Shown piece by piece: positions 40,688 through 49,471 of a stretch of DNA of 64,000 bases. Positions within the stretch are counted from its first letter, which is position 1, and each line of letters starts with the position of its first letter. Both the position numbers and the translations under genes were made by a program. Below the pieces are notes generated by a model. That model saw only the letters and a program-made list of their open reading frames with translations, was not told where the DNA came from and did not search any database. This stretch comes from Deltaproteobacteria bacterium (GTDB lineage Bacteria > Myxococcota_A > Polyangia > Haliangiales > JADYYK01), in contig JADYYK010000079.1 of assembly GCA_020853705.1 (NCBI GenBank), forward strand, positions 18,572 to 82,571, in the 5' to 3' direction.

Positions 40688-42130
40688 ATGACCCGTCTGC
40701 ACATCGGGGTAGGGGTCGCGGCCCTGATCCTGGCTCTCACCGGCGCAGTGTATTTCACGGTCCCCTCCAGTCTCGAGGCCAAGGCGCGAGCCCAGGTCAA
40801 GGACCGGACCGCGCGCGTCGCTGCCCTGGTCCAGCGCAACGCCACGCTGGACGCCATCTTCACCACCAAGCAGGCAGAACGTATGGCGACCACCCACGAG
40901 GACGAGCTCGTGGTCGCCCTGCTGGTCCCGAAGAACAGCGTCGACGAGCGCTACACCCTGTCGGAGGCGGTGTTCGCCAAGATCAAGGGCGAGCGCGAGC
41001 CCGGGGTGCCCGAGCCCGACGTGCTGGCGGTGTTCGACGCCAGCGGCGAGATCGCGCTGCGCCAGGGCGAGCGTCAGCCCATCACCGACGAGTGGGCCAA
41101 GGGCCACAAGCTGGTGGCCGAGGTGCTGGGGTCGTCGAAGGTCGCCGGCTCCAAGGACATCTGGCGCTATCGCAACCAGGACTACATGAAGGTCGGCGTG
41201 GCGCCGCTGTTCCAGGGTGACAAGCCGGTGGGCGCGCTGCTGGTCGGCTATGTCATCGACAACAAGGGCGCCATCGCCGAGGCCTCCGAGATGGACGCCC
41301 AGGTGGCCTACTTCATCGAGGACCGCGTCCGGGTGTCGTCGCTGCAGAACGTCGACAAGGCGACCCATGACAAGCTGACCGAGAAGCTGAAGAGCGCGGG
41401 GCTGATGGCCAAGGCGCTGGCCTCGGGGCGCGCCGATCAGGTGGTGTCGATCTCGCTGGGCGGCCAGAACTACTTTGCGACCACGGTGGCCATCCGCAAC
41501 TTCGAGGAGAAGACCAGCGGCGCCGTCGTGCTGGTGTCGCAGGACGCCGCCATCAAGCCCTACGGCAAGGTGCGCCTGGCCATCGCGCTGCTCGGCCTCG
41601 GCGCCCTCGTGATCGCGCTGTTGGCCATCTTCCTGACCGCGCGCTCGGTGCTCGGCCAGTCGGAGGAGATCGAGCTCGGCGTCACCGAGATCATCAATGG
41701 CAACATCGACTATGTGTTCAAGCCGGTGGGCGCCGACTTCGACGGCCTGGCCAACGCGCTGAACGTGATGATGTCGCGCCTGACCGGGCGACCCGAGCCA
41801 GGCGAGGAGGACGAGGAGGGCGGGGGCGAGATGCGCCCCTCGGTGCTGCTCGGCGAGATGGAGGCCACCACGCAGCAGGCCACCACCGATCCAGAGACGC
41901 TGGCGCTGGCGCAGGAGTCGGAGCCGACCTACTACGCGCGCCTGTTCGACGAGTTCAGCAAGGCCAAGAAGGCCAGCGGCGACGCTGGCGGCGTCAGCTT
42001 CGAGGCCTTCGTGGCCAAGCTGCGCGTCAACGAGCTGTCGCTGATCAAGAAGTACAACTGTCGCCAGGTGCGCTTCCGCGTGGTCGCCGCCGGTGGACAG
42101 GTCACGCTCAAGCCCGTCCCGATTTTCTGA
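40688..42130 (+). CDS. membrane sensor-like protein: TM - periplasmic domain - TM - HAMP-like - acidic linker - small C-terminal domain
   Basis: TM1 GVGVAALILALTGAVYF, TM2 LAIALLGLGALVIALLAIFL. HAMP-like GVTEIINGNIDYVF...LANALNVMMSRL. The C-terminal ~90 aa (YYARLFDEF...VRFRVVAAGGQVTLKPVPIF) resembles a myxobacterial MXAN_5187-type domain, from memory and unverified. Confidence 0.7.
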   Translation: MTRLHIGVGVAALILALTGAVYFTVPSSLEAKARAQVKDRTARVAALVQRNATLDAIFTTKQAERMATTHEDELVVALLVPKNSVDERYTLSEAVFAKIKGEREPGVPEPDVLAVFDASGEIALRQGERQPITDEWAKGHKLVAEVLGSSKVAGSKDIWRYRNQDYMKVGVAPLFQGDKPVGALLVGYVIDNKGAIAEASEMDAQVAYFIEDRVRVSSLQNVDKATHDKLTEKLKSAGLMAKALASGRADQVVSISLGGQNYFATTVAIRNFEEKTSGAVVLVSQDAAIKPYGKVRLAIALLGLGALVIALLAIFLTARSVLGQSEEIELGVTEIINGNIDYVFKPVGADFDGLANALNVMMSRLTGRPEPGEEDEEGGGEMRPSVLLGEMEATTQQATTDPETLALAQESEPTYYARLFDEFSKAKKASGDAGGVSFEAFVAKLRVNELSLIKKYNCRQVRFRVVAAGGQVTLKPVPIF

Positions 42131-42142
42131 TACACCACCAGC

Positions 42143-43345
42143 ATGGTCGAGATTGGCCTCACGCGTGCGCTGACTGACGAGCGCGCGCGCCTCGCGGGAC
42201 GTCGCCTCGGCCTCATCGTCAACCCGACCTCCGTCGACTCGAGCTTCGCGCACACCGCGGATCTGCTGGTCGCGGCCGGCCTCGACGTACGCGCGCTGCT
42301 GGGGCCCGAGCACGGCGTGCGCGGTGACGTGCAGTACATGGCCGGGGTCGCCGACGCGCGCGACGCCCGCACCGGGCTGCCGGTGTACAGCCTGTACGGC
42401 GACACCGAGGCCTCGCTGACGCCGACCCCGGCCATGCTGGCCGACCTCGACGCGCTGGTGTTCGACATCCAGGACGTCGGGGCGCGCTACTACACCTATG
42501 TGTGGACGCTGCTGCTGGCCATGAAGGCGGCGGCGCGCGCCGGGCTCGAGGTCATCGTGCTGGATCGGCCAAACCCCATCGGGGGCCTCGCGGCCGACGT
42601 CGAGGGCGCCGGCATCGAGCCCGGCTTCGAGTCGTTCGTGGGCCTGCACTCGGTGGCGACCCGGCACGGGCTGAGCGCGGGCGAGCTCGCGCGCCTCAGC
42701 AACGCCGAGCTCGGCCTCGGCTGCCGGCTGACCGTGCTGGCGATGCGCGGCTGGCGGCGCGGCGACCACTGGGCCGCCACCGGGCTGCCCTGGGTCATCC
42801 CGTCGCCCAACATGCCGTCGCCGACCACCGCGCTGGTGTACCCGGGCATGTGTCTGCTCGAGGGCACCACGCTGTCGGAGGGGCGCGGCACCACGCTGCC
42901 GTTCGAGCTCTTCGGCGCGCCCTGGCTGGAGCCCGAGCTGCTGGCCGCGCGCCTCGGCGCGCTCGGCCTGCCCGGGGTGCGCTTCCGGCCCTGCTCGTTC
43001 CGGCCGACCTGGAACAAGCACGCCGGCGAGCTGTGCGGCGGCGTCCAGCTGCACGTGCACGACGCGGTGAGCTTCCGCCCGGTGCGCACCGGGATCGCCG
43101 CGCTGTGGGCCGCCGCCAGCCTGAGCCGCGAGCGCGGCCGTGGCGAGTTTGCCTGGCACACCGAGGCCTACGAGTTCGTGCGCGATCGCAAGGCCATCGA
43201 CCTGCTCGCCGGCAGCAGCGCGCTGCGCGAGGGGCTCGACGCCGGGGCCTCGTTCGCCGCGCTGTGCGCCCCGCTGCCCGCGGCCGAGGCGGCCTTCCGG
43301 GCCGCCCGCGCGCCGCATCTGCTGTATCCCGAGGCGTCGCCGTGA
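42143..43345 (+). CDS. DUF1343 family protein (NamZ/YbbC-like exo-beta-N-acetylmuramidase)
   Basis: Characteristic blocks GLIVNPTSV, LLGPEHGVRGD, FDIQDVGARYYTY, VLDRPNPIGG. Confidence 0.8.
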   Translation: MVEIGLTRALTDERARLAGRRLGLIVNPTSVDSSFAHTADLLVAAGLDVRALLGPEHGVRGDVQYMAGVADARDARTGLPVYSLYGDTEASLTPTPAMLADLDALVFDIQDVGARYYTYVWTLLLAMKAAARAGLEVIVLDRPNPIGGLAADVEGAGIEPGFESFVGLHSVATRHGLSAGELARLSNAELGLGCRLTVLAMRGWRRGDHWAATGLPWVIPSPNMPSPTTALVYPGMCLLEGTTLSEGRGTTLPFELFGAPWLEPELLAARLGALGLPGVRFRPCSFRPTWNKHAGELCGGVQLHVHDAVSFRPVRTGIAALWAAASLSRERGRGEFAWHTEAYEFVRDRKAIDLLAGSSALREGLDAGASFAALCAPLPAAEAAFRAARAPHLLYPEASP

Positions 43346-43932
43346 CCACCGCGCTGTTCGGCGGCAGCTTCAACCCGCCGCACGCGGCGCACCAGATGGC
43401 GTGCCTGTACGTGCTGGAGACCCACGCCATCGACCGCATCCTGATGGTGCCGGTGTACCGCCACGCCTTCGACAAGCAGCTGTGCGACTTCGAGCACCGC
43501 TTCGAGATGTGCCGCCTGGCCGCGGCGGCGTTCGCCCCCGGCCGCGTCGAGGTCTCGCGCGTGGAGCAGGAGCTGGGCGGCGAGTCGCGCACGCTGCTGA
43601 CGCTGGAGCGCCTGGAGCAGACCATGCCGGGCGAGGCCTTCCGCCTGGTGGTCGGCGCCGACATCCTGGGCGAGGCGCACAAGTGGTACCGCTGGGACGA
43701 GGTCACGCGGCGCGCGCCGCCCATCGTGCTCGGGCGCCGCGGCCACCCCGCGCTGCCCGGGGCCGAGCTCGAGCTGCCCGAGATCAGCTCGACCGAGATC
43801 CGCGCCCGGCTGGGGCGCGGTGACGACGTGGCGCAGCTCGTCCCGCGCTCGGTCGCCGACTACATCCGTGTCCACCAGCTGTACACATCCGGTGCGGCGC
43901 CGCTGGCGCCGCTGCCCGAAGGAGCCCCGTGA
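43342..43932 (+). CDS. nadD: nicotinate-nucleotide adenylyltransferase
   Basis: GTGA overlap. GGSFNPPHAAH nucleotidyltransferase motif and ISSTEIR motif. ~196 aa. Confidence 0.85.
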   Translation: MTTALFGGSFNPPHAAHQMACLYVLETHAIDRILMVPVYRHAFDKQLCDFEHRFEMCRLAAAAFAPGRVEVSRVEQELGGESRTLLTLERLEQTMPGEAFRLVVGADILGEAHKWYRWDEVTRRAPPIVLGRRGHPALPGAELELPEISSTEIRARLGRGDDVAQLVPRSVADYIRVHQLYTSGAAPLAPLPEGAP

Positions 43933-44807
43933 CCACGCCCACCCCCAACGTCTTCCTGTTCGGCGCCGGCACCGTCGCCAGCGCCCTGGCCAGCGCGCTG
44001 CGCCACGCCGGCGTCCCCGTGCTGGGGCTGTGGGCGCGCCGCCCCGACGCGGTGCGCACCGCGGCCGCGCTGTCGGGGGTGGCCGGCTACTCGGGGCCGC
44101 TGCCCGATCTGATGAGCGAGGCCGATGCGCTGATCATCGCGGTGCGCGACGAGGCCATCGCGGAGGTGGCGAGCTCGCTCGCCAGTTCGGCGTTTCTGTC
44201 TCCCCGCGCCGTCGCGCTGCACTGCTCGGGCGGCACCCCGTCGGCGCAGGCGCTGGCGCCGCTGGCCGGACGGGTGCGCGGCCTGGGCACGCTGCACCCG
44301 CTGCGCGCCTTCACCGACGCACGCCGGGCCGCCATCAAGCTGCCCGAGACCACCTTCGCGGTGGAGGGCGACCCCGCCGCCGTCGACGTCGCCACCCAGC
44401 TGGCCTTCGCCATCGGGTCGCGCCCGCTGCGCCTGACCGCCGACGACCTGCCGGCCTACCACGCCGCCGCGGTGCTGGCCTCCAACGCGCTGGTGGCGCT
44501 GCTGGCCGATGCCAGCGCGGTGCTCGGCGGCCTGGGCCTGCCGCGCGAGAGCGCCCTGGCCGCGCTGCTGCCGCTGGCCATGGGCACGCTCGACAACCTG
44601 GGCGCGGTCGGCCTGCCCAAGGCGCTGACCGGCCCCATCATGCGCGGCGACGCCGCCGTGGTCGCGCGCAACCTGGCCGCGCTGACCGACCCCGACATCG
44701 CCAACACCTACCGGGTGCTGGCCCATCGCACCATCGTCCTGGCCCGCGAGCGCGGCACCCCCGAGGCCGATCTGGCCCGGGTGGCGGAGGCGCTGGGCAA
44801 GCGATGA
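43929..44807 (+). CDS. Rossmann-fold protein with DUF2520-like C-terminal domain (ProC/KPR-like)
   Basis: GTGA overlap. Glycine-rich loop FLFGAGTVASALASAL. Assignment from overall resemblance only. Confidence 0.65.
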   Translation: MTTPTPNVFLFGAGTVASALASALRHAGVPVLGLWARRPDAVRTAAALSGVAGYSGPLPDLMSEADALIIAVRDEAIAEVASSLASSAFLSPRAVALHCSGGTPSAQALAPLAGRVRGLGTLHPLRAFTDARRAAIKLPETTFAVEGDPAAVDVATQLAFAIGSRPLRLTADDLPAYHAAAVLASNALVALLADASAVLGGLGLPRESALAALLPLAMGTLDNLGAVGLPKALTGPIMRGDAAVVARNLAALTDPDIANTYRVLAHRTIVLARERGTPEADLARVAEALGKR

Positions 44808-44864
44808 ATCCCTTGCTAGGCTAGGGCGTCCATCGCGCTTCGTCACTACCCAGGGGAGCTGCTC

Positions 44865-45413
44865 ATGTCCAAGACCACCCGTTCGATCGCCCTGTCGCTG
44901 TCCGTGGCCCTGGCCGCCGTCGCCCTGGTCGAGACCGCCGCGCATGCCAAGAAGAGCAGCGGCAGGGGCGCCCTGTTCGTCAGCGGCAAGTCGTTCCCCA
45001 CCAAGGCCTCCAGCGAGAACGCGCTGCGCGCCGCCGCCAAGAAGACCTCGCAGAAGAACATCGCGCCGACCGACCCCGAGGCCACCAAGGAGTGGGCCTA
45101 CAACTTCAACATCATGGCCTTCTTCGGGCGCGCCCTCGACGACTCGCAGATCACCATCAAGGTCTACGACATCACCGACGGCACGCTGCGCCTGATCTCG
45201 ACCTTCGAGCAGTACCTGCGCGGCCGCGGCCAGCAGAGCTACATCTCGACCGTCAGCCTCAAGCACCCCGACCAGGACATCCGCCCCAACCGCAAGTACC
45301 TCCTGAAGATGTCGTCGAAGTCGGGCCCCATCGCCGAGGCCACCTTCACGGCGGGCGGCAAGGTCCCGAAGGTGACGGGGAACGTCGTGTTCGAAGAGGG
45401 CGAAGGCAACTAG
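44865..45413 (+). CDS. hypothetical secreted protein
   Basis: Signal peptide SIALSLSVALAAVALVETAAHA. GGGGAG SD. Lys-rich, lower GC than neighbours but a clean frame. Confidence 0.65.
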   Translation: MSKTTRSIALSLSVALAAVALVETAAHAKKSSGRGALFVSGKSFPTKASSENALRAAAKKTSQKNIAPTDPEATKEWAYNFNIMAFFGRALDDSQITIKVYDITDGTLRLISTFEQYLRGRGQQSYISTVSLKHPDQDIRPNRKYLLKMSSKSGPIAEATFTAGGKVPKVTGNVVFEEGEGN

Positions 45414-45495
45414 CAGCCTGCGGGGCTGGCCTCGCTGCGACCTTGACCACGGGCCGGGTTCGCGCTACGTGTCGGCGCGGAGGAACGGCCAGATC

Positions 45496-46383
45496 ATGAA
45501 GAAATCAGGGAGTGTGCTGGTGCTCGGGCTGGCGCTCGCGCTGCCGCTCGCGCAGGCGATCGCGCAGCCGGCTGGCAAGGTGGCGGGTGGTGCCAAGGGC
45601 AAGGGCAAGGCGCCCGCGGCAGCGGCCGCGCCGGCCAAGCCCAAGCTGGGCGTCGCGCTGACGGCCGCGCAGCTGGAGGCGTTCCGCGCCGACCTGGCCT
45701 CGCGTGAGCTCGACAAGGCGACCGCCGCGGCGGACGCGCTGGGCAAGGCCTCGGGCACCGCCTCGTCGGCGGCCGTGGTCGGCATCCTGCTCGATCAGCT
45801 GGCGCTGGGGACCTCGCCCAAGCTGTCGATGGCCATCCTCGACGCGCTGTCGTTCCACAAGAGCGCCGCCGCCCTGGAGGCGCTGGCGCACTACGCGCGC
45901 AACCGCAACGACGAGCTGCGCGTCAAGGCGCTGTACGCCATCGCGGCGACGCCCGACAAGGCCGCGGTACCGCTGCTGATGCGGGCGCTGCACGACGGCG
46001 CCGGCAGCGTGCGCGCGGTGGCCGCCAACGCGCTGGCCCAGCGCAAGGAGCTGGGCGCCGCCGAGACCCTGATGGCGCTGCTCAAGCGCGGCGACGACTC
46101 CGCCGCCAGCGCGCTGGGCAAGCTGGCCACGCCGGATCTGGCCGCCAAGCTGGGCGACCTCATCGGCGACGTGCGCGACGATCTGCTGTCGACCGCGCTG
46201 GGCGGGCTGCTGATGCGCGACGACCTCAAGGACGAGGTCAAGCTCGAGGTCGTGCGTGCGCTGGGCAAGATCCCCGGCGAGATGTCGCTGGCCGCGCTGG
46301 CGGAGTACATCGCCGAGCCGGCTGGCAAGGTGAAGCCCCCGTCGCGGGCCGAGGCCGAGAAGATCCTGGGAGAGCGCCAGTGA
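45496..46383 (+). CDS. secreted HEAT-repeat protein
   Basis: Signal peptide MKKSGSVLVLGLALALPLAQA. GGAGGA SD. HEAT-like repeats (LRVKALYAIAATPDKAAVPLLMRALHDGAGSVRAVAANALA). Confidence 0.7.
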   Translation: MKKSGSVLVLGLALALPLAQAIAQPAGKVAGGAKGKGKAPAAAAAPAKPKLGVALTAAQLEAFRADLASRELDKATAAADALGKASGTASSAAVVGILLDQLALGTSPKLSMAILDALSFHKSAAALEALAHYARNRNDELRVKALYAIAATPDKAAVPLLMRALHDGAGSVRAVAANALAQRKELGAAETLMALLKRGDDSAASALGKLATPDLAAKLGDLIGDVRDDLLSTALGGLLMRDDLKDEVKLEVVRALGKIPGEMSLAALAEYIAEPAGKVKPPSRAEAEKILGERQ

Positions 46384-48239
46384 AGACCACCCCGATGATG
46401 AAGACCCTGGCCGCCATGGGCGGCGTGGCGCTGCTGGCCAGCTGCGGCGGCTCGGGCGCGTTCTCCGGTGATCGCAGCGACAACGACGTCGCCATGGTGC
46501 GCGCCTGCGTGCACAAGCAGGGCCCGGCGCGGCCGCTGGCGGTGGCCAACAGCACCGGCAAGCCGATGGGCTTCCTGGTGTCGACGCCGCAGCCCAAGCG
46601 CCGCATGATCGCGTTCGATCTGGCCAGCAAGCAGAAGGTCTGGGACGTCGAGGCCGACGTCAGCTCGCGCGTCGTGGTCGGCAAGGGCCAGGTCTTCGCG
46701 CGCGAGGGCAACGCCCTGGTCGCGCGTGACGTCGCCAGCGGCAAGAAGCTGTGGAGCGTCGGCCTCAAGGGCAAGCTGCTCGGCATCGCCGCCGATCGTG
46801 ACGGCGTGTTCTACGCGGCCGAGACCTCGGGCGGTAACTCCGTGCTGGTCGGGCTGTCGGCGTCGTCGGGCAGCGAGTGGTGGTCGAACGCCGCCAAGGG
46901 CAAGGTCGGGGCGCCGGCGGCGCGCTCGGGCGAGGTCTTCGTGCCCTACCTGTCGCAGTACCTGACCGTGCTCGACGCGCGCAGCGGCAAGGAGGAGGCC
47001 CGCATCCGGCAGAAGGACGAGGCCATCACCTTCGTGCGCGCCACCGAGCAGGGCGTCTTCTACGGCTCGAGCCGCGTCTTCATGTTCAACGAGAAGTCGT
47101 GCACCGGCACCGCCAAGGGCGCCACCAACACCCAGGTCGCGCTGCCCAAGGACTTCAAGGACACCAGCTACCAGCCCAACGCCTACTCCACGGTCAGCGC
47201 CGACTACACCGCGCTGGATCGCAACCGCCTGATCTGGCAGGGCGCGGTCAGCGACGACGGCGTCAGCTTCGCGGGCGGGATCGCGGTGGTGCAGTTCTAC
47301 CGCTTCTTCTTCGCGCTCGACGCCGCCACCGGCAAGCTGAGCTGGGCGCACACCCACCCGCGCGTCGACGTCGTCGGCGCCGAGTCGACCGGCACCGCGC
47401 TGGCCTACGTCTCGTCCGAGGGCGAGCTGCGCGGCCTCGACGGCAAGACCGGCGGCGTCAGCGTGCTCGGCAAGGTCGACGCCCGCATCAGCGGCGGCAC
47501 CTTCGACATCGGCGCCTGGAGCGCCCCCGAGGGCGATCCCGTCAAGGGACTGGCCTCCGAGCTGGCCAAGATCGTGTGGGATCCGGATCGTCGCTACGAC
47601 GACATCAAGCTGTTCGCGGTCGAGGCGCTGGCCACGCTGGACGGGCCCGAGGTCGCCGAGGAGCTTCTGCACATCGTGGTGCGCGAGGGCATCAAGCCGG
47701 AGGTCTACAAGAAGGCCGGCGACGCCCTGGTGGCGCGCAAGGACGCCGCCGCGGCCCCCGCACTGCTCGAGCAGCTCGAGGTCCACACCGACTATGTGAC
47801 CGGGGCCAAGGCCTTCGGCGTCGATGTCATCGCTCGCGCGCTGGGCGAGCTGGGCGCGGGTGGCGCCAGCGCTGGCGCGGTGCCCGCGCTGGTGGCGCAC
47901 CTGGAGGATCCGGCGACGCCGCTGGAGACGCTGGCCGAGATCGCTGGTGCGCTCGGCAAGCTGGGCGCCCCCGAGGCCGCGGCGCCGCTGGCCCAGTTCA
48001 TCCTGACCTACCGCTCCGACCCCATGTTCGCGGTCGATCCGGGGGCGCTGGCGCGGGCGATCGAGTCGCTGGCGCTGCTGGGTGGCCCGCGCGACATCGA
48101 GCTCTTGCGCTTCGTCGCCGATGACGAGCGCACCCAGGACAAGGTGCGCGAGTATGTGCGCCGGGTGCTCGAGCAGCGCGATGCTGGCAAGGCGGAGGCT
48201 CCCAAGGCTGCGGATTCTGCAGCCGGTGGCAAGGGCTAG
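46380..48239 (+). CDS. lipoprotein with PQQ-like beta-propeller (BamB-like) fused to C-terminal HEAT repeats
   Basis: Lipobox GGVALLASCGG. Repeated ...G-K-x-L/W-W/S blades (VARDVASGKKLWSV, DAATGKLSWAH). C-terminal HEAT-like helices. GTGA overlap. Confidence 0.75.
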   Translation: MKTTPMMKTLAAMGGVALLASCGGSGAFSGDRSDNDVAMVRACVHKQGPARPLAVANSTGKPMGFLVSTPQPKRRMIAFDLASKQKVWDVEADVSSRVVVGKGQVFAREGNALVARDVASGKKLWSVGLKGKLLGIAADRDGVFYAAETSGGNSVLVGLSASSGSEWWSNAAKGKVGAPAARSGEVFVPYLSQYLTVLDARSGKEEARIRQKDEAITFVRATEQGVFYGSSRVFMFNEKSCTGTAKGATNTQVALPKDFKDTSYQPNAYSTVSADYTALDRNRLIWQGAVSDDGVSFAGGIAVVQFYRFFFALDAATGKLSWAHTHPRVDVVGAESTGTALAYVSSEGELRGLDGKTGGVSVLGKVDARISGGTFDIGAWSAPEGDPVKGLASELAKIVWDPDRRYDDIKLFAVEALATLDGPEVAEELLHIVVREGIKPEVYKKAGDALVARKDAAAAPALLEQLEVHTDYVTGAKAFGVDVIARALGELGAGGASAGAVPALVAHLEDPATPLETLAEIAGALGKLGAPEAAAPLAQFILTYRSDPMFAVDPGALARAIESLALLGGPRDIELLRFVADDERTQDKVREYVRRVLEQRDAGKAEAPKAADSAAGGKG

Positions 48240-48289
48240 GGCATCTTCGCAGTAGCTTTCCCGCGCTTCCCGGGGAAAATGAAGAGTCC

Positions 48290-48742
48290 GTGTCCGGGGG
48301 CCGCAAGATCCGAGTGCTCGTCTGTCGCGGTCCCACCTGCGGGGACCTGCGCGACTCGGCGCGGATCCACGCCGAGCTCGGGCGCCATGTCGACCGGCGC
48401 GGCCTCGGCGACGACGTGATCCTCGACTGGCAGAGCTGTTTCGGCCAGTGCCAGAAGGGCCCCAACGTGCTGTATCGCGAGGCCAAGGGGCGCGAGGACA
48501 AGCTGCACCTGGCGATGGCCGCGCTGGTCGGCAGCGTCAAGTCGGCGATGCACCACGCGATGACCCCAGAGCGGGCCACCGCGCTGCTGGACCGGCACCT
48601 GGTAAGCTGGGGCATCCGCGCCGCGGCGACCCCGCCAGCGCCCGCGACGGTACCGGTGCCGGCGCCAGGTCACCCAAGCAGCGCGCCACTCGTACAGTCG
48701 AATGAGAACCATGATAAGAAAAGAGGCCCCAGCGAGGGCTGA
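48290..48742 (+). CDS. thioredoxin-like [2Fe-2S] ferredoxin (NuoE-like fold)
   Basis: Cys pattern VCRGPTC...SCFGQC. No signal peptide. GTG start. Confidence 0.65.
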   Translation: MSGGRKIRVLVCRGPTCGDLRDSARIHAELGRHVDRRGLGDDVILDWQSCFGQCQKGPNVLYREAKGREDKLHLAMAALVGSVKSAMHHAMTPERATALLDRHLVSWGIRAAATPPAPATVPVPAPGHPSSAPLVQSNENHDKKRGPSEG

Positions 48743-48770
48743 CCACCGTCACGAGAGAGGCGATCGAGCG

Positions 48771-49385
48771 ATGACAGGTATGCAGCGAACGGGTCGTGCG
48801 GTGGCGTTGCTGGTGACGATTGCGCTGGGCGTGGGCTGCGGGAAGAAGGGCGGCGACGACGGCAAGCGGATCCAGGAGCTGGCGTCCAAGCTGGACGAGT
48901 GCACCATCGACCTCAGCAAGCAGAAGACGCTGGTCGATAGCTGCCAGAAGACCCTGGCCGATCAGCAGGGTGCGGTCGACACCTCGACCGTGACCGTCAA
49001 GGTCGTCGGTGACGTGCTGACCCTGGAGGCGCGCAAGACCGGCAGCGGCGGCCACGTCACGCCGGCCGACATCACCAGCGCCGAGGCGCAGCAGGTCTAT
49101 GCCGCCGCCATCAAGGTCATCCGCGACAACCGCGGCGCCATCCAGTCCTGCTACGACCGCGCCCTCAAGCAGGACAACTCGCTGGTCAACCAGACCCTGA
49201 AGGCGAACCTGGACTTCACGGTGTCGCCCAAGGGCGAGATCTCGAACGCCACGGTGTCGCCCAAGATCGGCAAGTCGTTCAACGACTGCGTCACCGGCAA
49301 CATGAAGGGCTGGCGCTTCGTGGGGCTGCCCTCGAAGTCGATGCGGGTCTCGGCCCCCATCACGCTGACCTCGCAGGACAAGTGA
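48771..49385 (+). CDS. lipoprotein with coiled-coil and AgmX/PglI-type (TonB-C-like) C-terminal domain
   Basis: Lipobox ALGVGCGKK. C-terminal block IQSCYDRALKQDNSL...NDCVTGNMKGWRF, typical of the myxobacterial tail domain. Confidence 0.7.
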   Translation: MTGMQRTGRAVALLVTIALGVGCGKKGGDDGKRIQELASKLDECTIDLSKQKTLVDSCQKTLADQQGAVDTSTVTVKVVGDVLTLEARKTGSGGHVTPADITSAEAQQVYAAAIKVIRDNRGAIQSCYDRALKQDNSLVNQTLKANLDFTVSPKGEISNATVSPKIGKSFNDCVTGNMKGWRFVGLPSKSMRVSAPITLTSQDK

Positions 49386-49471
49386 GCCAGGCCCTTTCCC
49401 GAGCGACCGTAACAACTCCCCAATATCTAAAGCTTTCGATGAGCACCGATCCAGTCTAGGATCGCAGAGCG

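Noticed and set aside
42502-43341. Long upstream extension of the nadD frame (ORF 42502..43932); similar extensions occur at 35064..35447, 27597..27668 and 3055..3498
   Set aside because: The extensions lie inside well-supported upstream genes in another frame. Recognisable homology starts at the ATGA/GTGA overlap codons.
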